From NCBI GenBank assembly GCA_030248215.1, contig JASANG010002430.1:1-64000 (forward strand): a stretch of 64,000 bases of DNA, in the 5' to 3' direction. The notes under the pieces were generated by a model, which was not told where the DNA came from, did no database searches, and worked only from the letters and a program-made list of their open reading frames with translations. This DNA comes from Enoplolaimus lenunculus. Its lineage: Eukaryota. Both the position numbers and the translations under genes were made by a program. Shown piece by piece: positions 47,453 to 62,130 of this stretch; the first letter of the stretch is position 1; each line of letters opens with the position of its first letter.

Positions 47453-50400
47453 ATGGAGAGACCACAGAAAGCACTTAACAGGTTTAGAATAATTTTCTGG
47501 ATAATAAAAAGGTTAAAAAGGGGTTTTGTGCAGGGGTTTAACCCCTCCAGAAGTGAATTCCTGGCCTATACCTATGAGTAGGACGCAGCAGTCGATATGA
47601 AAGGATGAGCTTATATATAATAGTTAAAGAAATCAAGTGAGCGGGCGAGAGAAAAGCCAGATGCAATTATATATTTCGAAAATCGTATGATATTGCAGTA
47701 CAAACTGATGGCACATCAAGATAGCAGCAAACTCAATTTGTTTTGTTTTACAGCGGATTAAAGGTGCAGAAGAAATGTTATCCTATATTGTAATAGGGAC
47801 AAAACGGTTTCCAGGTTGCCCCAGCTATAACTTAAACCTCTCATGCTTCGATAAAGTAAGCCAAGCGGACATGCATTGGTGAAATATTTTCGTCAATCCA
47901 AGTTTCCCCTAATATATCATTCAAAGTTATCCCACATGAAGTATCAATTTAAAGCTATTCCTCCGACGATTTCAATTGTTCAATGGGTAAAGTGTCTGGC
48001 AAAACTTATGAAACATAATTTTTGCCGTATGCTAAGTGTGCCATAAAATATTTTTAAGGGAAAAAATTGTAGGATAGGAACTTACCATCTGAGCAGACAT
48101 AATGCCAACGTCACATTGGTATCAATTAAAGTTACCTCTCAGTTGTAACAAGAGAACATATGATATAAAATATTTCAGGCAAAATTTAGGAAATATCCTT
48201 TTCAAGAGGGGAAGGGAAAGAAATATCGCAGCGGAACGAATATAATGGGAGATAAATAGTATACATTAAAAGGAAAATATTACGCGAGAATAAATCGTAG
48301 ATTAGCTAAGTTTCATAAGAGTTGGATTATAGTAACTTTCCGGTGCTGTATAAGCAGTTTGCTAGCTTTGTTTCAGAAACCAATATTTTAGTGAAATTTA
48401 ATCCCAGCCCCATCGAACCCTAATCTTAGGTACCATAGGGTACAATCGGAGTTCTGCCTCCGGCTCCGGTTTCCGCTAGTGAAATGTGTCTAGTTTTAAA
48501 AAAATTGTATCGTTTGGTGCGTTGGCTATAAGTTTTGGTAGGTACTTACAATTTTATAACCAAATGTCGGAATTATTTTTAAAAACGTTTAGCTAAACAA
48601 TGAACTACACTTAACTTCGCGTCACCTACGCCTTCACCACCGCCTCCGACAAGTTTTGCTGACCACCGGCTCCAGTTATGGCGTCGGTATTATTCAGCTC
48701 CGGTTGATTCCTGCTATAGGTACTTAATAGAATTTGAAGATAGTTTGAAAAATTTTGGAAAGTTTTCAAACGGGAAAAAAATTTCAACTTTCTGTTTTTA
48801 GCATCTTAAAATCGACTAACTTTTCGACATTGCCATCTTAATGGTTCATTTAGTTGATTTTTATAAACAAACTGTAGGTTTTCATGGTGCACCATGATTT
48901 AAGTATATTCTCGAAATTAACCATCCTATTAATCAGAGTGTATGGCACTGTCGAGTCCAATGGGTGCCTCTCAGGCCTTGCCCGCGTATGGACAAAACCA
49001 AAATTTCGTATTATCAAGAGTTTAAACTTTAGTACTAAAATCGCGTATGGCTTCTCGTGTGAGTTTTTTTACTGTTATGCGACCTGATATAGGTATATAT
49101 ATTATATATATTATATATACATATATATGTATATATGTTTATATTAATATATACCGTTTGTTCGCATTGGAATGTTAGTTTTTTTGGTATTTACGTATTC
49201 AACTGCTGGCTTTAATACTCAGCAACGTCACATGTTTCGTACCAAACTTAACGACTTTTACCAAAAGACTAATTTAGACGCTTTTGAATATCAGTCTATA
49301 AACCCGATCGTTTCAGTTTTAGAAATAGCCCATTGGCTGGCTTACGAATTACTTTTTGGCTTTCTCCGATTGGTGGAATCAGTGAGCCATTTGTGCTGGA
49401 GCAGCGTGATAAAGCCAAACCAAGGTCGCGATCGAATCAAATAACAAGTCAAACGCAATTTTACGGTTAAACTTCAACAAAAAATTTTGGTTTGACTCGC
49501 GTGGGGAACCTGTGTCTTTGCCGTCCCCTTGGATTTGAATGCTAGTTTCGTGTTTTAGACTTGATGGGGTAGATTTCACTGAAACTTAACGAAGTTTTTA
49601 TTATATTACATTGCGGCTGTTTTGTCGTTTCTGGGTCGTTACAGCTGTTGGAAACACAAAAAATTATTGAACTGTGAACGGATGAGAGCTAACGTGAAAA
49701 TGGCTACATAAAAAAATTTCGTTAAATTTTATTGTTAGAGTTGTTACAAGATTCAGTAAGCCGAATAAGAGGTTTCTCTATTTTGAGTTCTACTCAATAT
49801 ATGATTTTTATATCGAATTAGAATCTGTGATGGTTCCTGGATCAAGCTAAGTTCAGTACAAAATTTGAACTTTCAAATTTAGATATTAATGTATGTTCAC
49901 AGAAGTATGCTTCTGGCAGAAAAAAATCACGGGTATTTAAAGCACAGTGTTTCGAGATAATTACGCGCCTCCTAATACATTGATATTGCACACAATGTGC
50001 GTTTGGTTACAATATCAGCTGGTGGGGTGGTCGATAGCTGCCTTTTTCCTGATTTTCATTTTTACACATCTGGATTCTCTATAAATATTTAAAAATCCTG
50101 AAATTCACAAAGTTGGCAGACTTTGTTTAGCGCGCAAAATAATAAATTACCGCAAAGAAAATCAATGATCGATTTTCAGTTATAAACAGATTTCTCGATA
50201 TTTCAAATATTTCTGCATTCCCGCAACAAGGAACCGTCCGTAGAGGCTGAAAACATTCATAGAGAGACAGGAAGAAATTTTTGTAGCGTCAACGTCTGTT
50301 CGCACGTGTATTTGCAGCGAAAACTTACCCGTGCAACTGGCATGTGCAGTTACGGTTACAAAACACTTTTGAAATTCATGCAGCTGCAAATAATGCACTC

Positions 50401-51578
50401 AAACTTGTGCTGTTAAACTTAAGTCCCACGTGGGAACGCAGTAGCAAGTGGCTGGCTGGACTTGTTTCACACAAGCTCTGATATAAATTGTAGAATATGA
50501 AAGCGTTGACAAATTTCGAGTAAAATCTTTTTCAACTGTGAATTTGTTGCAGTGTGCAGTCTTCTGCAAATTACGTATATGATTTCATGTCAAGATTCAA
50601 AATGAAAACTATATTTCTTTGCAAAGTTGCAGCTGAGATTTTAGCTGCAACAACTTGCATGTGTGAATAGGGATTTATTCGAAGCTGTAAATAAATTTTC
50701 CAGTTAAGAAATGTACTGTATTCCCTCCGCCGTATTTGTGACCGTGTATTTATTAAGGCATATGTACTAAAAGCTACTGTAACCATTTTTATCTTACAGA
50801 ATAATTAACCTTCAGTTGATAGATACATTACAACAACAGTGGATGATGCTCACTTTAAACATGAGCATGCAACTACCTGGCACGCGTTATGCTTTTGCTA
50901 GACACCCTTCCCTTATATATTATTTGCATTTTGAGCTGATGCCACTCTGATTTGATTATATTCATTAAACTCAGATTTACAGTATGTTTCCTGTGGCAGG
51001 TACCCCCTTGAAAATAAAGTTGTCTCGGGCAAAATCGCAACCTGTGTTAATACAATTCGTAGCATGCGATAACGCGCAAGTTGTATACTCTTGTCCATCA
51101 ATAGAGTTATCATCAAGACTTGGTTTAATATTAATTACCTTATACCAAAAACTATACCGCAGCGTTCAGCTAGAGCTGGTGACTCATGTAATTATGCATT
51201 AAATACTGTGTCATTTTAATCTTTACAGTAAAGCTATATTATGTGTGGCCGGACCCGTTGCCAAGGGAAGGCCAGGAGGCTCAGTCCGCCGGCAAAATTT
51301 TGGCCCACCTAGAAAATCTTCAACCTTGTTTGTAAGTCAACGAAAACCCTTGTATGCCCGTTCCGAAAATATTTTACCCCCCTAGCAAGTTGAGATGGCT
51401 AAGGGCATGTGTGTGGCATTTATATCTCACAACATGGCCACGGAATTTAGGTGTCAAACATAGTATTACGAAAATTAGTCGAATGACAACTGTAATTCGA
51501 AATAGGCATAGGCTTAGGCTAAACATTGCGTTTAGGATTACGCTTAGATTTAATTATAAGCTTTTGGTCACTGATGGC

Positions 51579-54500
51579 GACAAGTTGTCGAGCGACCAAT
51601 TGTCGTAGTTTTGTCAAAAGGATTACGCTTGCGTAGATTTTATTGTAGGCTTTTGAATGCTGATAGAGACAAGTTGTCGAGCGACCAATTGTCGTAGTTT
51701 TGTCAAAAGGATTACGCTTGCGTAGATTTTATTGTAGGCTTTTGAATGCTGATAGAGACAAGTTGTCGAGCGACCAATTGTCGTAGTTTTGTCAAAAGGA
51801 TTACGCTTGCGTAGATTTTATTGCAGGCTTTTGAATGCTGATAGAGACAAGTTGTCGAGCGACCAATTGTCGTAGTTTTGTCAAAAGGATTACGCTTGCG
51901 TAGATTTTATTGTAGGCTTTTGAATGCTGATAGAGACAAGTTGTCGAGCGACCAATTGTCGTAGTTTTGTCAAAAGGATTACGCTTGCGTAGATTTTATT
52001 GTAGGCTTTTGAATGCTGATAGAGACAAGTGGTCGAGCGACCAATTGTCGTAGTTTTGTCAAAAGGATTACGCTTGCGTAGATTTTATTGTAGGCTTTTG
52101 AATGCTGATAGAGACAAGTTGTCGAGCGACCAATTGTCGTAGTTTTGTCAAAAGGATTACGCTTGCGTAGATTTTATTGTAGGCTTTTGAATGCTGATAG
52201 AGACAAGTTGTCGAGCGACCAATTGTCGTAGTTTTGTCAAAAGGATTACGCTTGCGTAGATTTTATTGTAGGCTTTTGAATGCTGATAGAGACAAGTTGT
52301 CGAGCGACCAATTGTCGTAGTTTTGTCAAAAGGATTACGCTTGCGTAGATTTTATTGTAGGCTTTTGAATGCTGATAGAGACAAGTTGTCGAGCGACCAA
52401 TTGTCGTAGTTTTGTCAAAAGGATTACGCTTGCGTAGATTTTATTGTAGGCTTTTGAATGCTGATAGAGACAAGTTGTCGAGCGACCAATTGTCGTAGTT
52501 TTGTCAAAAGGATTACGCTTGCGTAGATTTTATTGTAGGCTTTTGAATGCTGATAGAGACAAGTTGTCGAGCGACCAATTGTCGTAGTTTTGTCAAAAGG
52601 ATTACGCTTGCGTAGATTTTATTGTAGGCTTTTGAATGCTGATAGAGACAAGTTGTCGAGCGACCAATTGTCGTAGTTTTGTCAAAAGGATTACGCTTGC
52701 GTAGATTTTATTGTAGGCTTTTGAATGCTGATAGAGACAAGTTGTCGAGCGACCAATTGTCGTAGTTTTGTCAAAAGGATTACGCTTGCGTAGATTTTAT
52801 TGTAGGCTTTTGAATGCTGATAGAGACAAGTTGTCGAGCGACCAATTGTCGTAGTTTTGTCAAAAGGATTACGCTTGCGTAGATTTTATTGTAGGCTTTT
52901 GAATGCTGATAGAGACAAGTTGTCGAGCGACCAATTGTCGTAGTTTTGTCAAAAGGATTACGCTTGCGTAGATTTTATTGTAGGCTTTTGAATGCTGATA
53001 GAGACAAGTTGTCGAGCGACCAATTGTCGTAGTTTTGTCAAAAGGATTACGCTTGCGTAGATTTTATTGTAGGCTTTTGAATGCTGATAGAGACAAGTTG
53101 TCGAGCGACCAATTGTCGTAGTTTTGTCAAAAGGATTACGCTTGCGTAGATTTTATTGTAGGCTTTTGAATGCTGATAGAGACAAGTTGTCGAGCGACCA
53201 ATTGTCGTAGTTTTGTCAAAAGGATTACGCTTGCGTAGATTTTATTGTAGGCTTTTGAATGCTGATAGAGACAAGTTGTCGAGCGACCAATTGTCGTAGT
53301 TTTGTCAAAAGGATTACGCTTGCGTAGATTTTATTGTAGGCTTTTGAATGCTGATAGAGACAAGTTGTCGAGCGACCAATTGTCGTAGTTTTGTCAAAAG
53401 GATTACGCTTGCGTAGATTTTATTGTAGGCTTTTGAATGCTGATAGAGACAAGTTGTCGAGCGACCAATTGTCGTAGTTTTGTCAAAAGGATTACGCTTG
53501 CGTAGATTTTATTGTAGGCTTTTGAATGCTGATAGAGACAAGTTGTCGAGCGACCAATTGTCGTAGTTTTGTCAAAAGGATTACGCTTGCGTAGATTTTA
53601 TTGTAGGCTTTTGAATGCTGATAGAGACAAGTTGTCGAGCGACCAATTGTCGTAGTTTTGTCAAAAGGATTACGCTTGCGTAGATTTTATTGTAGGCTTT
53701 TGAATGCTGATAGAGACAAGTTGTCGAGCGACCAATTGTCGTAGTTTTGTCAAAAGGATTACGCTTGCGTAGATTTTATTGTAGGCTTTTGAATGCTGAT
53801 AGAGACAAGTTGTCGAGCGACCAATTGTCGTAGTTTTGTCAAAAGGATTACGCTTGCGTAGATTTTATTGTAGGCTTTTGAATTATAGAGACAAGTTGTC
53901 AGCGACCAATTGTCGTAGTTTTGTCAAAAGGATTACGCTTGCGTAGATTTTATTGTAGGCTTTTGAATGCTGATAGAGACAAGTTGTCGAGCGACCAATT
54001 GTCGTAGTTTTGTCAAAAGGATTACGCTTGCGTAGATTTTATTGTAGGCTTTTGAATGCTGATAGAGACAAGTTGTCGAGCGACCAATTGTCGTAGTTTT
54101 GTCAAAAGGATTACGCTTGCGTAGATTTTATTGTAGGCTTTTGAATGCTGATAGAGACAAGTTGTCGAGCGACCAATTGTCGTAGTTTTGTCAAAAGGAT
54201 TACGCTTGCGTAGATTTTATTGTAGGCTTTTGAATGCTGATAGAGACAAGTTGTCGAGCGACCAATTGTCGTAGTTTTGTCAAAAGGATTACGCTTGCGT
54301 AGATTTTATTGTAGGCTTTTGAATGCTGATAGAGACAAGTTGTCGAGCGACCAATTGTCGTAGTTTTGTCAAAAGGATTACGCTTGCGTAGATTTTATTG
54401 TAGGCTTTTGAATGCTGATAGAGACAAGTTGTCGAGCGACCAATTGTCGTAGTTTTGTCAAAAGGATTACGCTTGCGTAGATTTTATTGTAGGCTTTTGA

Positions 54501-54633
54501 ATGCTGATAGAGACAAGTTGTCGAGCGACCAATTGTCGTAGTTTTGTCAAAAGGATTACGCTTGCGTAGATTTTATTGTAGGCTTTTGAATGCTGATAGA
54601 GACAAGTTGTCGAGCGACCAATTGTCGTAGTTT
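51579..54633. repeat. 89-bp tandem satellite, 34 full units plus a partial unit
   Basis: Unit GACAAGTTGTCGAGCGACCAATTGTCGTAGTTTTGTCAAAAGGATTACGCTTGCGTAGATTTTATTGTAGGCTTTTGAATGCTGATAGA. The first and last GACAAG are 3022 bp apart, which equals 34 x 89 minus 4 bp deleted near 53884-53900. Confidence 0.97.
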
Positions 54634-57600
54634 CGTCGAACATTCATAGGAGAAGCATTGTATTATTGATCCAAGGGTTTGAGGTTTTCAGTTGGTATCA
54701 TCAGAAACTTTTGAAATTTGAATCACACGTAACCTTTTTTCAAAGTCTGGTTTGCTGCAAATATACAAGTTAGATATAAATTTCAAGTCTTTGAGGGTTA
54801 TAACACTCAAGCCTAATCTAGTCCAGGGATATATACCAATATTACTGGGCCCTACTTCAGATTTCCCTTCTTTAAATCAGAAATTATTTATCTAAACGCT
54901 TAATAATTGAGACGCCTTCTTTCATCCGTTTGAGCGAAATATAGAGCTTGACTCCAAAATCTATATAAAAATTAAATTCTGTAAGTTTATAAAGCGTGGG
55001 TCAGCGAATACCTTGTTTCATATAAGTATACAATTTGTGAAATTGTGTTAAATCTCAGCACTTTAGGAAAATTGCACATGCGTGCAACTGCGGCTACTAT
55101 TGTTTATTATTAGCAAGCATTCAAGGAATTGTTTTACAGAAAAGTGCAGTACTGCGTAGTTTAATAATGTTACAAATTACAAATTTACACACGCTGTGAA
55201 GTGTTGGTTTCAGTCATTTGTTTGCGCATGTAAATTTTAGAATTCTGATTGTTCTCAAAAGAAATTTCGCTGCAATCTGCCGTATTATATTAAAGATTGC
55301 AGTTATAAAAACAACTATACCAGTTTAATATACTTAATTGCGTTTATAGTTAAAAAATCAGGCAAACTTCATTCTCAACTGGGTATAGCATCAGTGATCA
55401 GCTGGTGAAGTGTGTATTCTGTTACTTCCGAATTAAACGATTCGGTTGTGTAACCTGGGTGGTTTTATAAACAAATACGGCCCATGTAAAGATCGGGTGC
55501 GGAACGTTTTTCTGCGGTACTGCAATAGAATAAGCTTAAGATTTAGACTATTTTTTGCTTAGGTTAAGGCTTAAGTTTAGGTAGAAGCTCTTTTTAGGCT
55601 TGATAAGCGTATACGTACCTAAGCCTATGAATAAGCCATTAGACTAAAGCTTAAACTTACTCGATGTTGTTCCGCAGAAACACGGTCCTCGCCTGACCTT
55701 TATATACAAAAGCAAAAATAGGTTTTAATGGATTGGATTGTCCCGATACTATTTACCTGTTATTGACCGCACTAAGGTTGAATTTGGCGTGTTTGTGCAT
55801 TTGGTTTAAGAATATGCAGTTTATTAATATATTCTTAAGGCAACGCTCTTACTGTCTGCATCCTCTTTGTCAGAGCTTAAATCATTTATCGTTATTTTTA
55901 TAGTATCCAACCTATCTCTGCAATATCTGAAGGTCATTTGTTTACTAAGATGCCGTGTTTAGAGTTTTAGACAACTTTTTTCCTTATTCTAAACCGGGCG
56001 TCTACACAGTGTCTTTTAAATATTTTATGCTTGGAATGCTCCACATACGTACTTTGCGCAACTTTCCAGCATTTGCGCACTGCACAAAACCGGCTGACTA
56101 GCATATATTATATATAGTTATGACGGAAAACGAACGTCCCTAACACATAGCAGCCACCGGTGTATCACGAAGGCGACACCCACACCTTGTCCGCCCCTCT
56201 TTCCAAACAGATCAAAACCAGAATTTTATATTAAGAATTTGCATTAGAAATTGCGTTTCGCTTCTCGCTCGCTTCATTTGAGATTTCTACTATTATTTGG
56301 CCACGTGCGCCTCAGCAATAATTTTCAGATTCGCTACTGTAAACAGCTCTGAAAATCAGTTCGCAAGGGAACATTGAAATTTTCAAATCGCTCACTTACT
56401 CAGATCGTAAACAAATAGCGGTCTCATGGTTTTAAAGCTAATGAAATTTAGCTACGTTAAGCACTAAAAATTAATTAGATGTTTAGCATCATTAGTTGGC
56501 ACTGAAAAACGTGATCTATGCTTATTGTGTATTATGCATGTGCGCTTTTTAACTTCCGACTGTTGGACATTTTACTTGTACAAATGTTGCATACTAATTT
56601 GGGTTTTAACAAGATGCACGGGTGTGGTCAGAAGTTTTTAGAAACAGGAGGTCAAGTCCTTCTAAAAATTTTGGCCAATGTCAATGTATATAGAACAGGA
56701 CCGCTACAATAGTATGAGTATATTCCTAAGCCGAAGCCTAATCAAAGAAATTAGTGTAATAAGCTTACTCTGTTGCAGGACCCATGTACAGAACAGGGCC
56801 GGATCGTTTTCCTGTGGGGCTGTAATAGAGTCAGTTTAAGCTTTAGACTAGTTTTTTGCATAGGCTTAGGCTTAGACTTAGGCTTAGCTACGAATATGCT
56901 TATGCTGCTGTTAAGCCCATGTTCTATAGGTTGACCTTGTTGCAGTCCCGCCGATAAACGTTCCGCCCCTCATCTTTACATGGGCCAAAATAAAAAATTT
57001 CGAAAGAGGTTTCTTGTGTTACCAACTGAAATTATGCCTAAAACCCATGGACAAAAATCCCAAGGATGGTTGACGCTGGTTGCCTCCTTACATATACTAT
57101 TTCGAGTGGAGAAGGTTCTAAACTCGAATGGAACTCCGGTTCCGGTGCAGCATATAATATTATCTCCCCTAAAAATTAACTCCCCCAGTCAATATTATAT
57201 ATAAATATATATTTATATATGTATAAATATATATTTATATATATATAAATATTTATATATATTTATATATATATACAATTTTTACCCTCAGAAAATGTTT
57301 TGTGATAAAATGATAAGGTCCTTACCTTACTATTTTTGCGTTTCATAACATTTGCCAGCCTGCCCCTCCCGTCAGAAAGTTGAATTAAAAAGGCAAATGT
57401 ACAACTTTCAAAAAAGAAAGTTCAATAGTTAACCAGAAATGTTATCATAATTTTCAAGAAAACGATGGCGTTTTGCTGCGAAAATATACCATCGAGAGAC
57501 CTAGGTGTACACAGTAATGTTGTGCATCGGCCAGAAACCGGCCAGCCGGCCAAAGGTGCCTACGACCAGTAATTCCTTATCACAGAAAAAGCTAAAAACA

Positions 57601-60198
57601 TTGTGACATCAAAAATTTAATATCTTTAATATATTTAGACTTCGATTCTAAAACTTTTAGCTGTATTCTGAAAGGATGCCTGCTGTAATCATCATGGTTA
57701 ATGTTCAGATTGAATCACTAGTTGAAACTATTTTGATAGTAGTTGTATTTTGAACAGTTCGTGTGGTGAGATAAAGCGCTTCAGATGGTCTGGGTTCCAC
57801 TGCGTTTTATCAAATATAGTGAAATCTTCCACTGGAGTATATATAAATATTTTTGAAATGAATTACACCACCTCAGAATTTTTCACCGATCACTGAGGAT
57901 TTTGAAAAGTGAAAATTTTATAGTTTGGTTCAACATAAATGAAGTTAGTTCAATTTTGAGTTTTGTTTATTTGCGATGGCTACGAGTTGTGCCTACGTTT
58001 CAAATTTTAGAATGGGTCAGAACAGGAGTCATTGCCGCAAAATGTCAGAAACATATAGGTGTAATGTAAATAGCGCCGCAGGTCAATTTGTTAGGTGTAG
58101 GTACTCCGGACACAATTTGCTCACTTAAATTGCTAAGGCCAAACGGGTCGAGTTGACGAATCAACCTCCCCTGGCTACACCCTTGTTTATTGTATATAAA
58201 TAAATTTACTAGGCAACCACTCACCTATAACCCTAAACAGGATGGGGGCTTCCGCCCCCCAAACCCCTCGCAGAGAGCGATTCTCACAGTAAAAACGCCA
58301 AACACAGTTATTTTGGGCAGTTGTCAACCCCTGAAACCCCCTGGCTACGCTCCTGTTTATTGTATATAAATAAATTTATACGTATTAAGCAGGAGTGTTT
58401 TGATTGCTGGTACGCCTACGCTGCACTCCTACATGTTGTGACGGGCAGCGGGACGGCCCTCAACATAACATGAGCCAATATTTTGATCATTAAACGCTTC
58501 GTTGTGTCAGGTGTAGCAAATGTTTGGAAGGATTGTTAAATATTTTGGTTTTACGCTTATTTTATACGAAATCTCAGCATTGTTGTCATCTAAATTGTAT
58601 CAAAAGTTAAAAAGAAACGCACCAAACAACTAAACTTTGTAAAAATATGCAACATTTCAGTACCGAAATGGCCGGAACATCCGTCAAAAATTCTTTCGGA
58701 GCTGTAGGCAGACCTCCGGTTGTAGCCGGATACTATTGAATTTGTTCACAGTTAACGTATATTTCTTAATGAGGTGATTTCTTTGTTAAATTACTGAGCC
58801 TAAAAGAATTGGTATAGCTACTATTTAAACAGACTTACCACATTAAAAATAAATTACCCCGGAAAAACGAAAAAAATGGAACGTTTATCTGCGGGATTGT
58901 AATAGAGTAAGCTCAAGCTCTAATAGAACATTTGTCCTTAGGCTTAGGCTTAGGAATATGGTTATACTACTGCTACGAACCTGTTCCGTACACTTATCCG
59001 AAAGTTACCAGGTCTATCACCAACTGATAATAAGTGCCATATATAATTGAAAATATTGTCACAAAGACTTTAGTGTTTTATCTGCCCAACCGACGTATAT
59101 CGCTAAAAATTAGTTATTTTGCGTTTATAATTTATTTCTGTAATAATGCTGTGTTAATTGGCGAATTAGACGCACTGAGACATTAATCTTGTTTCTCGCA
59201 ATTTATCATATGAGTTTTAATCTAAAAAATATTAATTTTAACTTTTGAGCAACCAAAATTGCATTTATATGGCATGACTATAATATATCTAAAAACCAAC
59301 ACAAACCGTACCTACCGTGAACTGAAGTTTAGTGATAAGAAAATACAGTTGGTTTCGGATTAATAAACCTTTCTCACATGATGGTATTTTGAAGACGTCG
59401 AGAGTGCAGGTTCTGTATAAAATACCGTACCACAGCATGATTTTATCATGAAATAGATCAAATGAAATGGGTATATTCTTGGCTTTAGTGGCAATTGGGA
59501 ACCGTTAAGGTTAAACTAGGCCGGTTATCGTTTTAGTTGTTAACACGGGAGCACACCAAGGAAAGGTGACATTGTGGATCTCACAAAGTTTACAAGCGGC
59601 ACTACCACATTCGTAAACAGACTAGCAGTTGTTCGTTAAGCCCGGAGCCCCGCGTCCCCAGCTAAATACGGCGGTAAATCGAACACTGCAGTGGTACAAG
59701 CATTCACGCCGGCAGTTATGGGCCAGAGGGTGAAACCATCCGTTGAGGTCACTTAGGCAGTTTATATATAGGTAGGTATGGAGTAAAAATAGGATAGTTT
59801 GCAACTAGAAGTAACTCATGTAAAAATTTGTTCATTAGACCACGTTTTGCACACCCTAACATCAATATTCTGTTAGAGACCATCGGTGGAGTATTCCAGT
59901 TTAAATTAAACTTATAACTTTTTAATCTTAGACAGACGTCGTATAAAAGGTCACAAGTTGGTTTTATATCTGATATATGTTGGTGTTGGTACAAATATTA
60001 AAATCGCTCTTGATGATAAAGTTAGAGGGCCTATCGGACTACAGAATAGGTGGTTTTTGAAAACTTTTTGCAAATGGTCAATGTACACTGCCGAAAACGA
60101 ACTGTTTATTGCTTGCTTCCGACCGCCTCTATGTCAGACTAGGTGGGAACCGGGACATCAGACCTTTCTACTCAGTAGCTAGAAAAGCGGGCCTCCGG

Positions 60199-60265
60199 AG
60201 CGGGGATCGAACTGTCAGCCTACGGACCCATAAGCGAACACCCTACCATTGCGCCACGTACCCCG
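60199..60265 (-). repeat. tRNA-derived segment (A and B boxes) within a repeat; not a functional tRNA
   Basis: GGGGTACG-TGGCGCAATGG-TAG...CAGTTCGATCCCC; no proper acceptor or anticodon stems. Confidence 0.6.
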
Positions 60266-62130
60266 CCTCTCCAACCGCATTTTTGTCTACTATGTGGCGA
60301 CCGTGTGCTGCTAGCTAGCAGACATACAGTGCACTGCACTATGTTTCATGTGCACATAACGGACAAACATATCTCACATGCTTACACTCTGTAAGGTTCT
60401 TTCGTCTGTGGGAACCGGGACATCAGACCTTAGCATCGTTGTCACCAAATTTTTAGCCGAGAACATTAGGGATTACTCGTCTTATTTTCTTTTATAATTA
60501 TACGTGCTATCTTCAATTTTTGTTTTTGCCTCCATAGAAATTTTATGTTGCAAATATACTGTATTCGAAAAGCTAAAGCAATATGACAAAAAGCGTTGTT
60601 CTATACGGCAATGACGGCTACTGGTTGTGGTTCCATAGGATAAACTACTATTAAGTCCGCCTGAAGTATACCTGAAATGTTTGCTGGCGATATAATTTTA
60701 ATTTGTTTGTTAAAAATCTTTCAGTTACACAAAACAAACTAAATTTCAGTAGTTAACATAAATGTTTCTTATAGTCAAAATATACTTGTTGGTTAATTAC
60801 TAATAGATAATGGAATTAATATTCTTCGCGTTCAAAGTAGAATTACTGAAACTGTATTAAAGCGTATTTTTTGCTTTTATAAAGCAAAGTTTTTAATAGT
60901 GTATTTTTAACTTTTTGCCGTAAAATTGCATATTCGTTCTTCTCAGGTCCGTAGCAATCTCAGCATGGTAGGAGGTCTAGAAAGTTTCCAGGAAGGCCAT
61001 GCAATTGTCAGATACCTTATAAGTGAGGGAACTTTTTTAAAGGGTTAAAACATTTTAAAGGGAGCTGAGCCAATTTTGCATCCTTCTGGCAACCTATTGG
61101 CTTTTTTATAGAAAGATTTGCAATTGTGACTTGGTTTAGGTAAGAAAAACAATCCTATGCGGTTTTAATAAAAATTACTTGTAGGTTAGTCGCGATTTTT
61201 TACTGTTCGCAAAGTCTCGACAAACCAACGCAGCACTGAAATGATTCGAATTTTTACGTGTTAAAGACAATAAATATTGACTTTTCGCTTATTACGATTG
61301 TGCGGTCGTATGGTCTGAATTTTGGCTTGCAAAGTAAAAGCTGCTTCAGTAGTAAAACAGAACTGTTAGATTTCTGATTTTCGCAATTATCTACCGTGTA
61401 TAGAATCACAGCTACATACAGTGCAGAGGTAGGTAGGTGTGTGGGCTTCCCCACATTTAATGGTGGGACCCCATCGTAGAGTGCGATACAAGGGATATCG
61501 GCGCGGGAACTGAGGCTGTCCGAGTTCTCCCCCGGGATTCTCTTTTTGTCAGTTGTGTGAATATTTTATTTCGGGTCCGTTAAAGTATTATTTTAAAAAA
61601 TTTGGGAAGCGAGAAATTTTTTGACAGAAAAGAACCTGAGCGAAACCACTGACATGCTAGGCGCATTTCAAAACTGCGTTAATTTTTGTTTGAACTGGTT
61701 AAGGGGCGGGTCCCTATTTGGGAGATGGGCCCGTAATTGAGAGGGATGAGAATGGCCTCTCCGGTTCAGATTACATGCTACTATCCGTCTCATGCTCCTT
61801 AAAATCACTTATATGGTTAAACCAATTTACATAAAATATATGCACCCCGTCTCTCTGACCCTTTCAGAGGTTGCTTGTTATATTTTATCAGTACAATTCT
61901 TGTTACTCTAAAGCGCCTAAAAGTGTGCATTATCGAACACAGCGTACCAACAATGATAAAATAATGACTTACCTGCAAGCATGTACTATTAATTTTACAA
62001 CGAAAACGCAACATTTTGCCATTGACCAGTTCTCTTGTTATCATCCAGTTAAACTTCAATTTCAATTTCAATCGTTGTGTCCGCAGCTGGTACTACCAAC
62101 GCCGCTACGCTCACGCTCAAAACAACCGTA

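Noticed and set aside
12500..50480. Variant genetic code explaining in-frame stops in exon-like blocks
   Set aside because: TAA, TAG and TGA all occur, and the Bora, globin and SETD8 frames contain no internal stops under the standard code.
51579..54633. CRISPR array
   Set aside because: Units are identical end to end with no unique spacers, there are no cas genes, and the context is eukaryotic.
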